The position numbers were made by a program, and so were the translations under genes. Below are positions 21,940 to 33,002 of a stretch of DNA of 64,000 nt, in pieces. The stretch covers positions 124,001 through 188,000 of the forward strand of contig BROI01000019.1 of assembly GCA_027923505.1 (NCBI GenBank). Reading direction: 5' to 3'. The notes beneath the pieces were generated by a model, which was given only the letters and a program-made list of their open reading frames with translations, had not been told where the DNA came from and ran no database searches. Positions within the stretch are counted from its first letter, which is position 1. Every line of letters starts with the position of its first letter. Origin of the DNA: Mayamaea pseudoterrestris. Its lineage: Eukaryota.

Positions 21940-24090
21940 ATGGCTCATCGCATCATATTCGTTAGCTGCTGGCTCACTGCCATTGCTTGCTCGGCAGTTT
22001 CCGCCCAGGAATGTTCCGCCGCAACGACGGACCAAACATGCATGGCCGAAGAAACTGAAACATCAAAACAGAAAGTGTATCCAGAATGCGGTGTCTATAT
22101 GGCACCAAGTACGCTAGGCGAAACCACCAATATGGGCATTTATGCTGGTAGTGCCGTCCAGTTTAAACGAGGCGACGAAATAAATTGGCCCGAAATTGCC
22201 ATTCCGCTATTGTTTCGCGAATGGGGAAATCACAAGGTTGGCTACGTGGATGGTGAAATTTGGGACCGCTACATTTGGGAAGGGCAAACGGCCAATATTG
22301 AAACTTATACAGACACAAATCGACTGGATCAAAGAGCTGTTTTCGTTCCAGGCATTGGCTGCACAGTCAACTCTATTATGGACATGTGCAACATTGAGTC
22401 GACGCATGGGAGCCACTATGATACAGCTGGTTTGCATCGGAAGCGTGATCCTGGAGCGGGAGCGTCATGTCCGTACCATGCGTCGAATACAACGGCGCTG
22501 GAAGATATTCCGGCTGGAGCTGAGCTTTTTGCGAGCTATGGAGACTACTGGATTCCAGAAATACCTGGAGCACAGATTACACTAAATGCAACCTTGGATG
22601 AAGCTGAAACTTGGCTGCGAAGCAAGTACTATACGTTTGTCAAGGATCATGATCACAGTTTGACAGACGACATGAAGGAATCATTATGGGATTTTGTCAT
22701 GCAGGACTTTCCCATTTACAGCAAGGCGTTCTCCGTTTTGCCCCGAGGAGTCAAATGGAAGGATGTTGAAGCGGTTATGGCGCAAGTGGAACAGAGCAAT
22801 GACAAAAGTATTGTCAAGCAGTTTATTCGCAAGCAGTCAATTCGCACCATTGACTGGCTCAACGAACGTGGATGGTGCCAGGATCACATCCAACCAAAGG
22901 TGTCGACCCTTCCTCAGGCCGGACATGGGGCTTTTGCGACACGGAATTTGCCAAAGGGAACCGTTGTGGGGTACTCGCCGTTGATTCACATCGGTGTTCA
23001 TGGGAGAGAAATCTTTAACGTGAGCTTTTCCGAGGCGGATCCACATGGAAAGGTGAGTGATAGACTGGTTGATAGATTGAGAAGTTGATAGATTGAGAAG
23101 TTTATCATAGGTCGTCAAATGCTCATATTGCAAGTAACTCTTATCTTCGCACTTGACACAGCGCACACAAATGGACTTGGTCATTAACTACAGTTTCGGC
23201 CATCGCAACTCGACCATTCTCTTGACTCCCTACGGAGGCATGGTCAATTACATTAACCATCATAAACAGAAGGCTAATGTTAAAGTACGCTGGCCAGATG
23301 GTGAAAAGGTGGCGCATAAGCCATCATGGCTCAAGGAAAAGACGCCGGAGAATCTTAAGTATACAGTTGAAAAGATTGGGCTCTCTTTTGAATACGTTGC
23401 GTTGCGTGATATTTCTGAGGGCGAGGAGGTGTTCATGGTACGTCTTATGCGACTTGTTGTAAAGTGTTTCTGCGCTTATTGCAAACATCACATGCTAAAC
23501 ATTACTGAATGCAGGATTATGGCGACGAGTGGCAAGCTGCGTGGGAGGAGCATGTTTCAAATTGGGAGCCGGTACAAGGGTCTGAAAATTACATTCATAG
23601 GACTGAATGGAAGGAAGAGCACGTACGCACTATCTCTGAGCTAGCGACCAATCCATATCCAGACAATTTGATTGTCATGTGCACGGAATCGTATGGCGAC
23701 TCTGGTCAAGGAAGTTACACATTCCTTCCGGTTCTAAACGAATTGCCTCACCGAGTATACTGTCGGGCTACTAAAAGAAGTGAATCAAAGCCTTATAAGT
23801 ATGAGGTGGAGATGGATGTGCGAATCAACGACAAACCATACACCGTCGTTGTCGAAAACGTTCCGGAGGAAGGCATTTTTCTCTATGAAAAGGCATTTGC
23901 CGCTGATTGGCATCTGCCAAACAGCTTTCGTCACGAGATAATGATTCCTGATGAGCTGTTTCCCGACATTTGGCAGAACGGACCGTGGACGGAAGAGCGT
24001 CGGCTGTACGATAGCGAAGCCGACGCACAAGCGAGTGTTGACGAAGCAGATGCCTTTTACGATGACATCGACGATGACAATTTTGACTAG
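21940..24090 (+). CDS. Signal-peptide-bearing tandem SET-domain protein (three exons)
   Basis: Introns 23053-23161 and 23438-23514 keep frame; SET motifs DIPAGAELFASYG, AGHGAFATRNL, NYINH, ALRDISEGEEVFMDYG. Confidence 0.85.
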
Positions 24091-24160
24091 AGTTATTATA
24101 GGTCTGCTCTGTATTCTTTGTAGCAAAGGCTCATTTTTTATCAAAGTTATTTTCCACATT

Positions 24161-25810
24161 TTAGTCCGTCGCCACAACCTCGAAACCATGTGATGCTAGC
24201 TGATTACTGGAAAGGTCCCAGCCAGCCTTGGAGCATTGCCTCGTAAAGTCGTTCCAAAGATGGCCATTCAATCGCGTGACGGTTTCCATTTCCATTCGTC
24301 GTCGCACGTTGCAATCGCTCGTTGCCGTTGCGCCGTCCTGGCGCATTTTCGACGCCACTGCTTCCGTCAGCAGCAAGGCATGCACGTAGGCCTTAATTTG
24401 ATCATTCTCGGATGCTCGCGCCGACAGCGCCACGAGTATGCAAGGCTTCTTATCGCGCCGCTTGTGTCCGCCAATGGCGATGTAGTATGCCGGTTGACCG
24501 GCCAATTGTAGACGGAGCTCCTCGGGCGTTAGTCCGGACCGTCGCGAGTACTCGGAAAAGGAAACTCCAAACATGACTGGTATGTTTGCGGGTAGCAGGT
24601 GATTGGACGATACCCGCTGATGCATTCCGACAAAGCAGAGAGGCTCCTTCTTGGTGACTTGTGCTGGCGTCAAAGCCTGCTCGCTGTATACATCGGGCGA
24701 GGAGGCCTTGGTTAAGAAGTCGGCCACAACAAGCTTGAGTCGTAGCGTATTGAATGTATCAAGTGCGAGCAACCGCATGCACTTGATGTTTGCAAAAATG
24801 TGCAACGCCGTCAAACATCCGTAAATGAGCCACAGGACGCGCAAATCCACCTGCGACGCTGATCGAGCAAACAAGGCGGAAAAGACCAATCCCAAGCTTC
24901 CAGCCACTGTATTTTGTGCGCCAAACTTGGCCTGAATTTCCGAAATGTCCGCTGATCCATTGCTGCTGCTCCCATCCATGCGATGGTTATTGTTGCCAAA
25001 CCCCTTGGCCCAATACATGTTGATGCTTCCACCACACGCACCAGCCGCCACACCGCAAACAGCCTTGCACATGTTCCCAACGCTAATCATGGCCAAAAAG
25101 TATGCCGGAGGCATTTGCACCGCCAACACTTCCAGTGTAATGCCAACGTCAATCATGACATCGGCCAAGAGTCGCCACTGCTTGACATGATACTTGAACT
25201 TGCTTGCCGCCAACGAAGTGAAAAAGAGTGACGCCGCCATGCCGCAACCGTCGCGACACAAGAAATTCAATAGCGCCGAAAGTGCCGTCGCTCCCGGTCG
25301 TCCCACGCCGACGCCTTCCAGCACGCGCTGGGTGGCCAGTACGCTGCGCAGCTGCGTCGTCAAGTCTTGCACCAAGGACCAGGTGCAATACTCCAGAAAC
25401 TGTTGGCGCGACTTGCTGGGATAGCCGGATGGAAGAAAGGTGCTTCGAAAGGCGGCCTTGAGTGTGCCGAGTGGACGAAAGCGGGATTGTTGCTGCTGCT
25501 TGGCGAGTTTCTTCTTGCTGGTGGGAATCGAGTAGGATTGCTCATGCTGCTGAAGTAGCGGCTGTAGCATTTCTGAATCTGGAAAGGTGTATGATTCGAC
25601 GTGTCCATTGTTCTTGTTGCGTGAAACGACTTGGTATAATGGAGGAGATGATGGCGATGACACTGACGTTGGCGATAATCCAGTCGCCGCCAGCTTGGCC
25701 TTGCTGCGGCCGTCCTTGAAGGAGCTCGACGCAAGACTGGCAGCAGCTGGCAGAATCACAATCAAGCATGATAGCAAGAGTAGCAGTTGCTTTTGAAATA
25801 TGGATCGCAT
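24161..25810 (-). CDS. ROOT UVB SENSITIVE (RUS1/DUF647) family protein with N-terminal signal peptide
   Basis: FLPSGYP, LCRDGCGM, KQWRLLAD, ADISEIQAKFGAQNT, LHIFAN and TFNTLR motifs. Confidence 0.88.
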   Translation of the reverse strand: MRSIFQKQLLLLLSCLIVILPAAASLASSSFKDGRSKAKLAATGLSPTSVSSPSSPPLYQVVSRNKNNGHVESYTFPDSEMLQPLLQQHEQSYSIPTSKKKLAKQQQQSRFRPLGTLKAAFRSTFLPSGYPSKSRQQFLEYCTWSLVQDLTTQLRSVLATQRVLEGVGVGRPGATALSALLNFLCRDGCGMAASLFFTSLAASKFKYHVKQWRLLADVMIDVGITLEVLAVQMPPAYFLAMISVGNMCKAVCGVAAGACGGSINMYWAKGFGNNNHRMDGSSSNGSADISEIQAKFGAQNTVAGSLGLVFSALFARSASQVDLRVLWLIYGCLTALHIFANIKCMRLLALDTFNTLRLKLVVADFLTKASSPDVYSEQALTPAQVTKKEPLCFVGMHQRVSSNHLLPANIPVMFGVSFSEYSRRSGLTPEELRLQLAGQPAYYIAIGGHKRRDKKPCILVALSARASENDQIKAYVHALLLTEAVASKMRQDGATATSDCNVRRRMEMETVTRLNGHLWNDFTRQCSKAGWDLSSNQLASHGFEVVATD

Positions 25811-26411
25811 ATTAATAATATGAGCAAGGAAAAGGAAAAGTAATGATGCACAAAAGGAATGAGGTGCAGAAGCAGAATCCAAAGCCAAGCCAGCTTTCCT
25901 TTCGCGTCGTAGCTTTCTATTGGAGCAGTGAAAGTTTCTCTCGCGTTATAGTTCCTCCTCTCTTGCTTCTGTTGCTCTCCAAGTCCATGGACATCTTTAA
26001 CGTGACAATCAAAACGAAAGATCTTTGCCCATCATGGCGACGTTTCATCCAAGAAGCTCCAGGGGCGCGCCAAGCTCAGTACCAGACGAGAACCGCTACG
26101 ACGTCTGCTGGTAACGCTGCGACACCAAATGGATGACGACGAACATTATCTTCGACGATGAGCCTGCACAAGCAAAATTGCAGCATCGGCTATTGTATAT
26201 CATCAGCTTCATTCAACACTTTATCTCGATCTTTGTGGTAGCTCGAGTGTATTAAGGTTGAGCGAGTGATAAGTTTTAAATTGAGCTCAGCTGGGAGACA
26301 GTCTTGTGCGCCCAACCATTGTAAAAGAACGGCCTTCTTTGTCGAATTACCCGAAGTTTACACTGTCAAATTGGAAACTGCTGTGAAATAGGCCATACAA
26401 ACAATTAAATC

Positions 26412-29400
26412 ATGCAGGCTGCAACTGAAAATATAGCAGACGCAGCAACTATCTTGGTGCAGGACGTTATATCCGATGCGACGGCTGTTGCGCAAGCCTA
26501 TTCACCCATGGAAGAATTGTTGCGCCTCTTGCGTGAAAGTCAATTGCTTCCCAATGTCATGATCAAGCTACTCGCTGCAGCGTACCAATTCTATCAGGAT
26601 GCCTTCTACTACCTTTGTTTATTTGCCAGTTTCTGTTTATTGATTGTCGCATACTTTGTCTGGCAGCACATTCGGCCCCTACCAGGTTTGCCGCTAAAAA
26701 AGCTACCCAAGCGACCACTGCTTTCCGTCCTCTTTCAACCCGACGACATCACCGGAACGCGCGTCCTGCAGCAGCAGCGACAGGAAAAGGTGACGCGGGA
26801 GCGACGAAACAGCTCCAGCAAACCAATGGTGGTAACGACAACAAAAACAACCACGACGAAAACTACCAAAGCACTTGACGCCAAGCATAAAAAGGACGAC
26901 GATGCACCGTCGGCGCCATATTCCGATGACATGGATGACTTTGACAGTGGCAAGGGATTTGATATTGATGACGATGATGACTTAGACGATGATGACTTGG
27001 ACGCAGATATAAATGGGTTGGATCAAGACGTGAATGACGACGACGATTCGCTCGACGGCGAAACACCACCGCCGCCGCAGCAACCGTTCTTTTCCAGCAG
27101 CAACTACAAGATTGACATGCCTGATTCCTTTGCTCCTCTTTTGTCTAGCAGTCACGTTGAGGTGCTACTGAATCAATTGACTGCCGACTTGATTCACGGC
27201 GCCAAGGCGGAAGCAACCATTCGACTACGACCAGGTCAGTATGAGATTCCCCTCGACAAGGACTCGTCGCGACCACAATTGACACTGCAGGCGCCAGAGA
27301 AAGGATGCAAGGTTTCCGTGCTGGCACTGGTTGGATCGGATCGATTGACAACGGCGCAGGATTTGTCGGGATCGATTGCCACCAGTGCGCGGTCGCAAAC
27401 CATGGTCAAGGCGGCGGGACTAGTGTTGGATCCGCCATTGGCGCTGTTGAATGTTGCACCAACCTTGATTCACTTTCCGACACTGTTTCAGGATGTTTAC
27501 TTGCAGCATCAGGTCCGCAAGTGGCAGTTGCTTCGATGGCTCAAGAGCTGGATTGTCAGTTTGCATAGCTGGATTGAAAAGTTCTTATGGATATTGGAAA
27601 GCAAGTGTCAGATTCACTTGTCAAAGATTACTATTCGACCAATCTATCAGGGACGGCAGTATGGAACCTGGAAATGGTATAGCAAGTGGAGAAATCGTAG
27701 CGAGGTGCCGACGGATGCAGAGTCAATAACGGCAGCGACGCCCGGAAATGGCGACAGTCCTGGCGGTGTTACAAAGGACGATGACTCAAACGACTGGCGT
27801 TTGTCATTATCGTTCAGCGGACATGTTTTGTTGTGGAATTGGATTCCAATTCCATTCATAAATATTGTTCTACCAACCTTTATCATTCCACAACCACACG
27901 CACTGCTGCATCGGTTGTGCACCACTCAGCCGCTCGCGTCTGCCAAGGTGCGCCGCGAGCTAATCGCTGAGCAGCGTATTGCCATTGCCGCACTAGAGGC
28001 GGTGGACGCATTTGCGACTCACGTCAAGGTCATGGCAACGCCGCCAGCAGTGGGTATCGATATCACATTGCCTGGTGGACTAGCTGTGGCTATGGAGCTT
28101 GGGTTGGGTAGAGATCCGTATGCGGGTCAGTATTCCTTGCCATCGCGCGCAGCGGACGATTTAAACTCGCCTTCAAATCATGGGCCCGGCAAGCAGTCAG
28201 ACATTCCAGTGGCTTCGGATGCATCCTTGTCGTCCTGGACTACAAAGCCGGAAAATACAAGCGGATTACTACATCGAACCACAACGGGAAGTTTTAGACA
28301 AAGTTCTCCTTTTGATGCAAACCAAGTAGTTCCGTGGCTGTTGGAGTTCCAGGCGAAGGGTACAGTTAACCATGATAAGCTGTCGATACATATTCTCAAG
28401 TGCTCTGCGAAACACGAAGAAGTGAGAAATGGTGCACCAGCTATTAATCAGCTTTCAGTGCGAGGGAATATGGCCGTTTGGAAGCTACCTCCTGGGTGCG
28501 GCAATGTATCTTCACCGGTACCGATGCAACGAAAAGTTCCAGCGTTTGGGATCCGTCGCCGAAACTCGAATCCAGTGGTTGGTATCGAAGATACACCGGC
28601 TGTTGCAGCAGTGTTGCTTTTTCCCGAAGAAACAGAAGCCTATCGCCAAGATCAACGCATGCTCAAGTATGACTATAGCTTTGACGTGGCGGAAGATAGC
28701 AGGATTGACGCGATTACACTTTCCGTCGGAGCCAGTCATATGATGTTAAATGGCGGGACGATGATGACATTCATACTTGAAAACCTTTATGCCTTTGGAA
28801 CGTTTGCTGCCAGGGACGATGCGGTCCTTGATCCCATTGAGCGTCATCGGAAACGCAACATCCTGCGTCACCTACCAGCAACCGATTTCGCTGCCGGTGT
28901 CCAGAATGTATACATTCCTGTGGAGAGCAATAGCTATTCTGACGACGGACTGACTCTGTTCGTTCCTAGTGTTGACGGTGGACGATTGCACGTTCGAATG
29001 CTCGGAGGCTTTGACGAAAATGCAGAAGCTTCGATTGGGAGTCATGGTACGCCGCTACCTCAGCATGCTGTCTCTGAAGGAGTCAAACTTCTCGTCGATT
29101 TTGAGTTACCGTCACTTGTAATGAACACTGAAGGAATTATTAAGGAGTATCCAGAGCTTGATATATTTGACGGCGTCAAACTTCGTTCCCATCTTTCGGG
29201 AGTTATCAGCGGCAGCATTCGGGCCCATTTGAGACCGCAAGTTGTGCCGCTGATAGTATCATCTACAGGCCCTAATATATTCAATCCTCTTGAAGCATAT
29301 GAGATTGATTGTTCAGGATCATCAATGGCTATCAAGATAAAGGAATACACAGCGACGCTCGGTCATCGCCGAGTCGTTTTTCCCGCAGAGTCGACGGTAA

Positions 29401-32400
29401 CTTTGCAGATCATTGAGAGCGTTGTTGATATGGGCTTTGAAGGACGAACCAGATGCGAGTTGGGATGGGACTTTCAGGGGCTGTCACCAATTTTGCAAGT
29501 AACTAAGCCTGGCGTCTCCCCAGGTGACGCAGATCCGGAGCAAAAAGAGCAGGTTTCGCTATTAATTAACGCACTTCGTCAAGGCAGGCTGTCACTTAAT
29601 GTTTCGCCGGTGGGTGGAATCACCATTAAGCAAGCTGCCACAGCTCGCGAGGACAAGGACGGCCTGTACGACTGGAAGTTTTTCAATGCGTTAGTCTCAC
29701 CTGACGACGACTCCTTGGGTCGTCTCATTGATGTTCTCCACGACAAACGGACAACTGATAGAGTGCTTCAGGTTGCTAAGCTCATCAGCTCTGACCTCCA
29801 CAGGATACTGAAGGCCATTTTGGAGCAAGTTTGGAAGTTTAAAGAGACGTTGGACGTAGAAGGAATCAAGGAGGCGAAAGATGGCCTTCCAGCAAATAGG
29901 CTTGCGTGTATTGTTACCCGATTCGTCACCGGAGACGTTGCAGATGTAAATCGAGTGCTTCCTATAATCGAGAAGATTGTAAGCGGCGAGGGCCTAGATA
30001 TTGCAGCCGTGAAGGATCTCCTACGCGAGCATGTCCCGGAGACTTATCAGAATTGGAGTCCGGAAATTGATCGTGTTGTTCGGTGGGCTGCTGTCATGTC
30101 CGGGCCAGTGGCAGCTGCGCAACCATATGTTGAAGAAAAAGTACCACCACTGGCCGAGTTGCCCCATTATGCCTCTCGCTTGCGTGGTATTCCTTCAGCG
30201 CAGGAGTTGTACGAGAGGACACTTGACAAGCCACACATGCCTTTGGATCCTTCGCTTTCGCAATTGGTTGGTAACATTGCTCCATATTTGACGTTTCGCC
30301 AAATTGAATTTTTTCTGGAGGCTCGGGATGCTGGTGATTGGCAGGCGAATGACCTAAGACGCTTACGATATGTTTATTCTATCAAGCGGAAGGTACTCGA
30401 CATCGCGGAGAGCTATGGAGGTCTTTCATTTTTGCCTCAAAGTTTCCTCGTTTCTGTGTTCCTTGGAGAAGCCACAAGAACTAGTCTGCGAGCATCACTC
30501 AAGCGGAAGCACAAGACTTCCCAACAGCGACGCCAGAAGACGATTGGTCAACGTTCAAGGCCATTTAAATCTCGTATGTTCAGCAGCGGAGCGTCAACAC
30601 TGTCCAGTCTTCGCAGCCGACGCGGTAGTGGACACTCACAGGAGCGTACCGATGGTTCCAACTTGACCGCGGCAGAACGAGCCGCTGGTCTTCGAAATTT
30701 CGACTTCTCAACGCTCGGTGCAACACCCGAAAACCTTGTGCTCGAGCTTTCACCGAGGGGAGCATCTTTGAGTGAAGTATATGAACTCGGTGATTCTCTG
30801 CTTGGTCCACAGGACGTTGCCATTTTACTTCAAGCTGGATTAACGTCAGTCATGAAGGCGTCTACAGTTGTGCAGCTCAACCAACGCATGCTGCTGGACT
30901 TGATCTGTAGCCAATCGCGCACATTTGCTGTCGCTGTTCTCGCTGAAATCGGATCGACGGGGTCGCCTCGTGGTTTGACATCAGCGCTTATGTCCCTGCT
31001 GGAATTGGATCAGACGGCGTTCAAGCCAAGCCACAAGGTTGACATGCACGCTTTGCTTGAGTCATGGTTGCCTGGTCTTTCTATTCCAAGGCGCGAAGAT
31101 TATTTGGCCGGAGGGAGATGGGCACGTCAGAGCTACTATGAGGCCCTGTATTCCGTCGCATCCAGTATTCTCGAAGAAGCCGAGCTCTACTCGGCGCTAA
31201 AGGGGCACATTCAGCGCGTTCGTCGCTACTCGGAGTCTGATCCTATTCCAGCTCCGCGTGAAGGTTTAGACGAGAAGACCGAGAACGGTGACTCTGGCGG
31301 TACCTCTAGACTGAAGCAAGCCATCCAGCAGGCTAAGTCTTTGATTGCGGAGGCCGATCAGCTAGGATTTCAGACAATGAAACGCTTGCAGATAGATGAG
31401 CAGAAGGAGAAGCAAAGCAAAGAGTACGCGAATGCGATTCAAAAATATCATGATGCTTTTGAAGCTTGTGCCAAGGTTCGCGACTTGGACAAGCACTCCT
31501 TCCATGCTCGTTGGTTCAGACAGTTCTACAAACGAAACTACGACGCGCTGACTATCAAGTCTTTGTTTGACAACGTTATTGATGATGTCGACAATGTTAG
31601 ATACTGGTTGCACGTCCTTCGCTCAGGGAGTCGACGTGAAAAAGAGGCAGATCCCGAAACGGTGTTGGAAGACATTATTTTACCCCGTTTGTCACTGGAG
31701 CTTGAACTCTGGACAGAGGCGAAAGCCAGCGACATCCCCGAGGATGATGAGATGTTTCTTAAGCCTGAAAATCATTCAGAACAAGTCTTGCTCGACGCTA
31801 TCATCGATGCCGTCATTTACGAACCAAGCGACCGCGAGAAGCTTCGCAAAGACCCACTTGTTCGTTTGCTAATTGACAACTCACCTGGGCATTACAATTT
31901 CAACATTGTTTCGGCCATGGGCGTCGTGACTGAAGGCAAGAAGGGAACCGAACTAGCTCTTGCTTACAAGCGGCTTGAAGAAAAACGCGGCATCAAGGTT
32001 ATTCGAGCCGATACGGCCACTGCTCGGTCGCTCGAATACAATGCTGGCAAGATCGAGGAAGCAATTGAGGAAGCCATTCAATTGGGCAAGCCATATGGAT
32101 ATATAGGATATTCTCAAGGCTGCGCTAATGCCTTGTTGGCTGAATCTACTCTACTGACGGGCACCCCAAAGCAGCAACATGCAGTGACGTCTTCAAACGC
32201 CGGCCTCGTTTGTCGCATGCTCTGCTTCTCTGCTGCCAATGGATCATTCCACGGACCCGCCATGGAGAAGAAGATTGAGCGACTCATTGTCTTGTGCGAG
32301 GAATTCTTCAAGTACCAGCAAGGATACGTGAGTCGATCACTCACGGCGACCATTCTCGAAAATATTAATACGCTGCTCGACTCGTCCACCTTTCACAAAA

Positions 32401-32945
32401 TCATGGGCGGCGCGCAAAGCTTTCTGCCCGACGGCTGTCGCGCCTTTTGGCGGGAAGCCCAGCATCTTGCGACAGTGCCAACCTGCACCATTCGCGGCGT
32501 CATGGAGGAACACACGACACCAGAAGCACTGGAGCTGATGCGAAACCTAATGACCAAGCAGAGTGGATCAGCCTTGCACGACTCGCAGGTGCACGTGTTC
32601 GACGCTGTCGGTCATCCCATCTACTACCGCAACCGCAACGGCTGCGTTTTGGAGCAATGCGACGTTGGCAACGGCTGCATCCAGCGAACGCACCACTGGA
32701 GTCCGCTCGAGCAGGAGGTGGAGTTTCTGCGAACGACCAAGGACATTATGATGGCATCGTACGACTGCGCCAAGGATCGGCACGTGGCGCCGTGGGTGGA
32801 AGTGAATGCGCGGTTTGGATTCATCAAGTATGCCGACTATAATCGACATGATAGCGGCAGCTTGGAGAATATTCTTTTGCGCAAGGAGGTGCACTCGTCC
32901 AAGTTGGTGCAAAAGGAACAAACGGCGTCAACGGCCACGGGTTAA
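26412..32945 (+). CDS. Very large membrane-anchored protein with a C-terminal alpha/beta-hydrolase-like domain
   Basis: 2177-aa ORF; N-terminal TM helix; GYSQG nucleophile elbow followed by SAANGS, HDSQV and THHW. Confidence 0.75.
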   Translation: MQAATENIADAATILVQDVISDATAVAQAYSPMEELLRLLRESQLLPNVMIKLLAAAYQFYQDAFYYLCLFASFCLLIVAYFVWQHIRPLPGLPLKKLPKRPLLSVLFQPDDITGTRVLQQQRQEKVTRERRNSSSKPMVVTTTKTTTTKTTKALDAKHKKDDDAPSAPYSDDMDDFDSGKGFDIDDDDDLDDDDLDADINGLDQDVNDDDDSLDGETPPPPQQPFFSSSNYKIDMPDSFAPLLSSSHVEVLLNQLTADLIHGAKAEATIRLRPGQYEIPLDKDSSRPQLTLQAPEKGCKVSVLALVGSDRLTTAQDLSGSIATSARSQTMVKAAGLVLDPPLALLNVAPTLIHFPTLFQDVYLQHQVRKWQLLRWLKSWIVSLHSWIEKFLWILESKCQIHLSKITIRPIYQGRQYGTWKWYSKWRNRSEVPTDAESITAATPGNGDSPGGVTKDDDSNDWRLSLSFSGHVLLWNWIPIPFINIVLPTFIIPQPHALLHRLCTTQPLASAKVRRELIAEQRIAIAALEAVDAFATHVKVMATPPAVGIDITLPGGLAVAMELGLGRDPYAGQYSLPSRAADDLNSPSNHGPGKQSDIPVASDASLSSWTTKPENTSGLLHRTTTGSFRQSSPFDANQVVPWLLEFQAKGTVNHDKLSIHILKCSAKHEEVRNGAPAINQLSVRGNMAVWKLPPGCGNVSSPVPMQRKVPAFGIRRRNSNPVVGIEDTPAVAAVLLFPEETEAYRQDQRMLKYDYSFDVAEDSRIDAITLSVGASHMMLNGGTMMTFILENLYAFGTFAARDDAVLDPIERHRKRNILRHLPATDFAAGVQNVYIPVESNSYSDDGLTLFVPSVDGGRLHVRMLGGFDENAEASIGSHGTPLPQHAVSEGVKLLVDFELPSLVMNTEGIIKEYPELDIFDGVKLRSHLSGVISGSIRAHLRPQVVPLIVSSTGPNIFNPLEAYEIDCSGSSMAIKIKEYTATLGHRRVVFPAESTVTLQIIESVVDMGFEGRTRCELGWDFQGLSPILQVTKPGVSPGDADPEQKEQVSLLINALRQGRLSLNVSPVGGITIKQAATAREDKDGLYDWKFFNALVSPDDDSLGRLIDVLHDKRTTDRVLQVAKLISSDLHRILKAILEQVWKFKETLDVEGIKEAKDGLPANRLACIVTRFVTGDVADVNRVLPIIEKIVSGEGLDIAAVKDLLREHVPETYQNWSPEIDRVVRWAAVMSGPVAAAQPYVEEKVPPLAELPHYASRLRGIPSAQELYERTLDKPHMPLDPSLSQLVGNIAPYLTFRQIEFFLEARDAGDWQANDLRRLRYVYSIKRKVLDIAESYGGLSFLPQSFLVSVFLGEATRTSLRASLKRKHKTSQQRRQKTIGQRSRPFKSRMFSSGASTLSSLRSRRGSGHSQERTDGSNLTAAERAAGLRNFDFSTLGATPENLVLELSPRGASLSEVYELGDSLLGPQDVAILLQAGLTSVMKASTVVQLNQRMLLDLICSQSRTFAVAVLAEIGSTGSPRGLTSALMSLLELDQTAFKPSHKVDMHALLESWLPGLSIPRREDYLAGGRWARQSYYEALYSVASSILEEAELYSALKGHIQRVRRYSESDPIPAPREGLDEKTENGDSGGTSRLKQAIQQAKSLIAEADQLGFQTMKRLQIDEQKEKQSKEYANAIQKYHDAFEACAKVRDLDKHSFHARWFRQFYKRNYDALTIKSLFDNVIDDVDNVRYWLHVLRSGSRREKEADPETVLEDIILPRLSLELELWTEAKASDIPEDDEMFLKPENHSEQVLLDAIIDAVIYEPSDREKLRKDPLVRLLIDNSPGHYNFNIVSAMGVVTEGKKGTELALAYKRLEEKRGIKVIRADTATARSLEYNAGKIEEAIEEAIQLGKPYGYIGYSQGCANALLAESTLLTGTPKQQHAVTSSNAGLVCRMLCFSAANGSFHGPAMEKKIERLIVLCEEFFKYQQGYVSRSLTATILENINTLLDSSTFHKIMGGAQSFLPDGCRAFWREAQHLATVPTCTIRGVMEEHTTPEALELMRNLMTKQSGSALHDSQVHVFDAVGHPIYYRNRNGCVLEQCDVGNGCIQRTHHWSPLEQEVEFLRTTKDIMMASYDCAKDRHVAPWVEVNARFGFIKYADYNRHDSGSLENILLRKEVHSSKLVQKEQTASTATG

Positions 32946-33002
32946 GATACAGGACGTATGCATGTTGTAACATCATAGAAATAGCTAGCTATATTTACAT
33001 CT

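Noticed and set aside
23071..23102. 16-bp tandem duplication GATAGATTGAGAAGTT
   Set aside because: Intronic, two copies only
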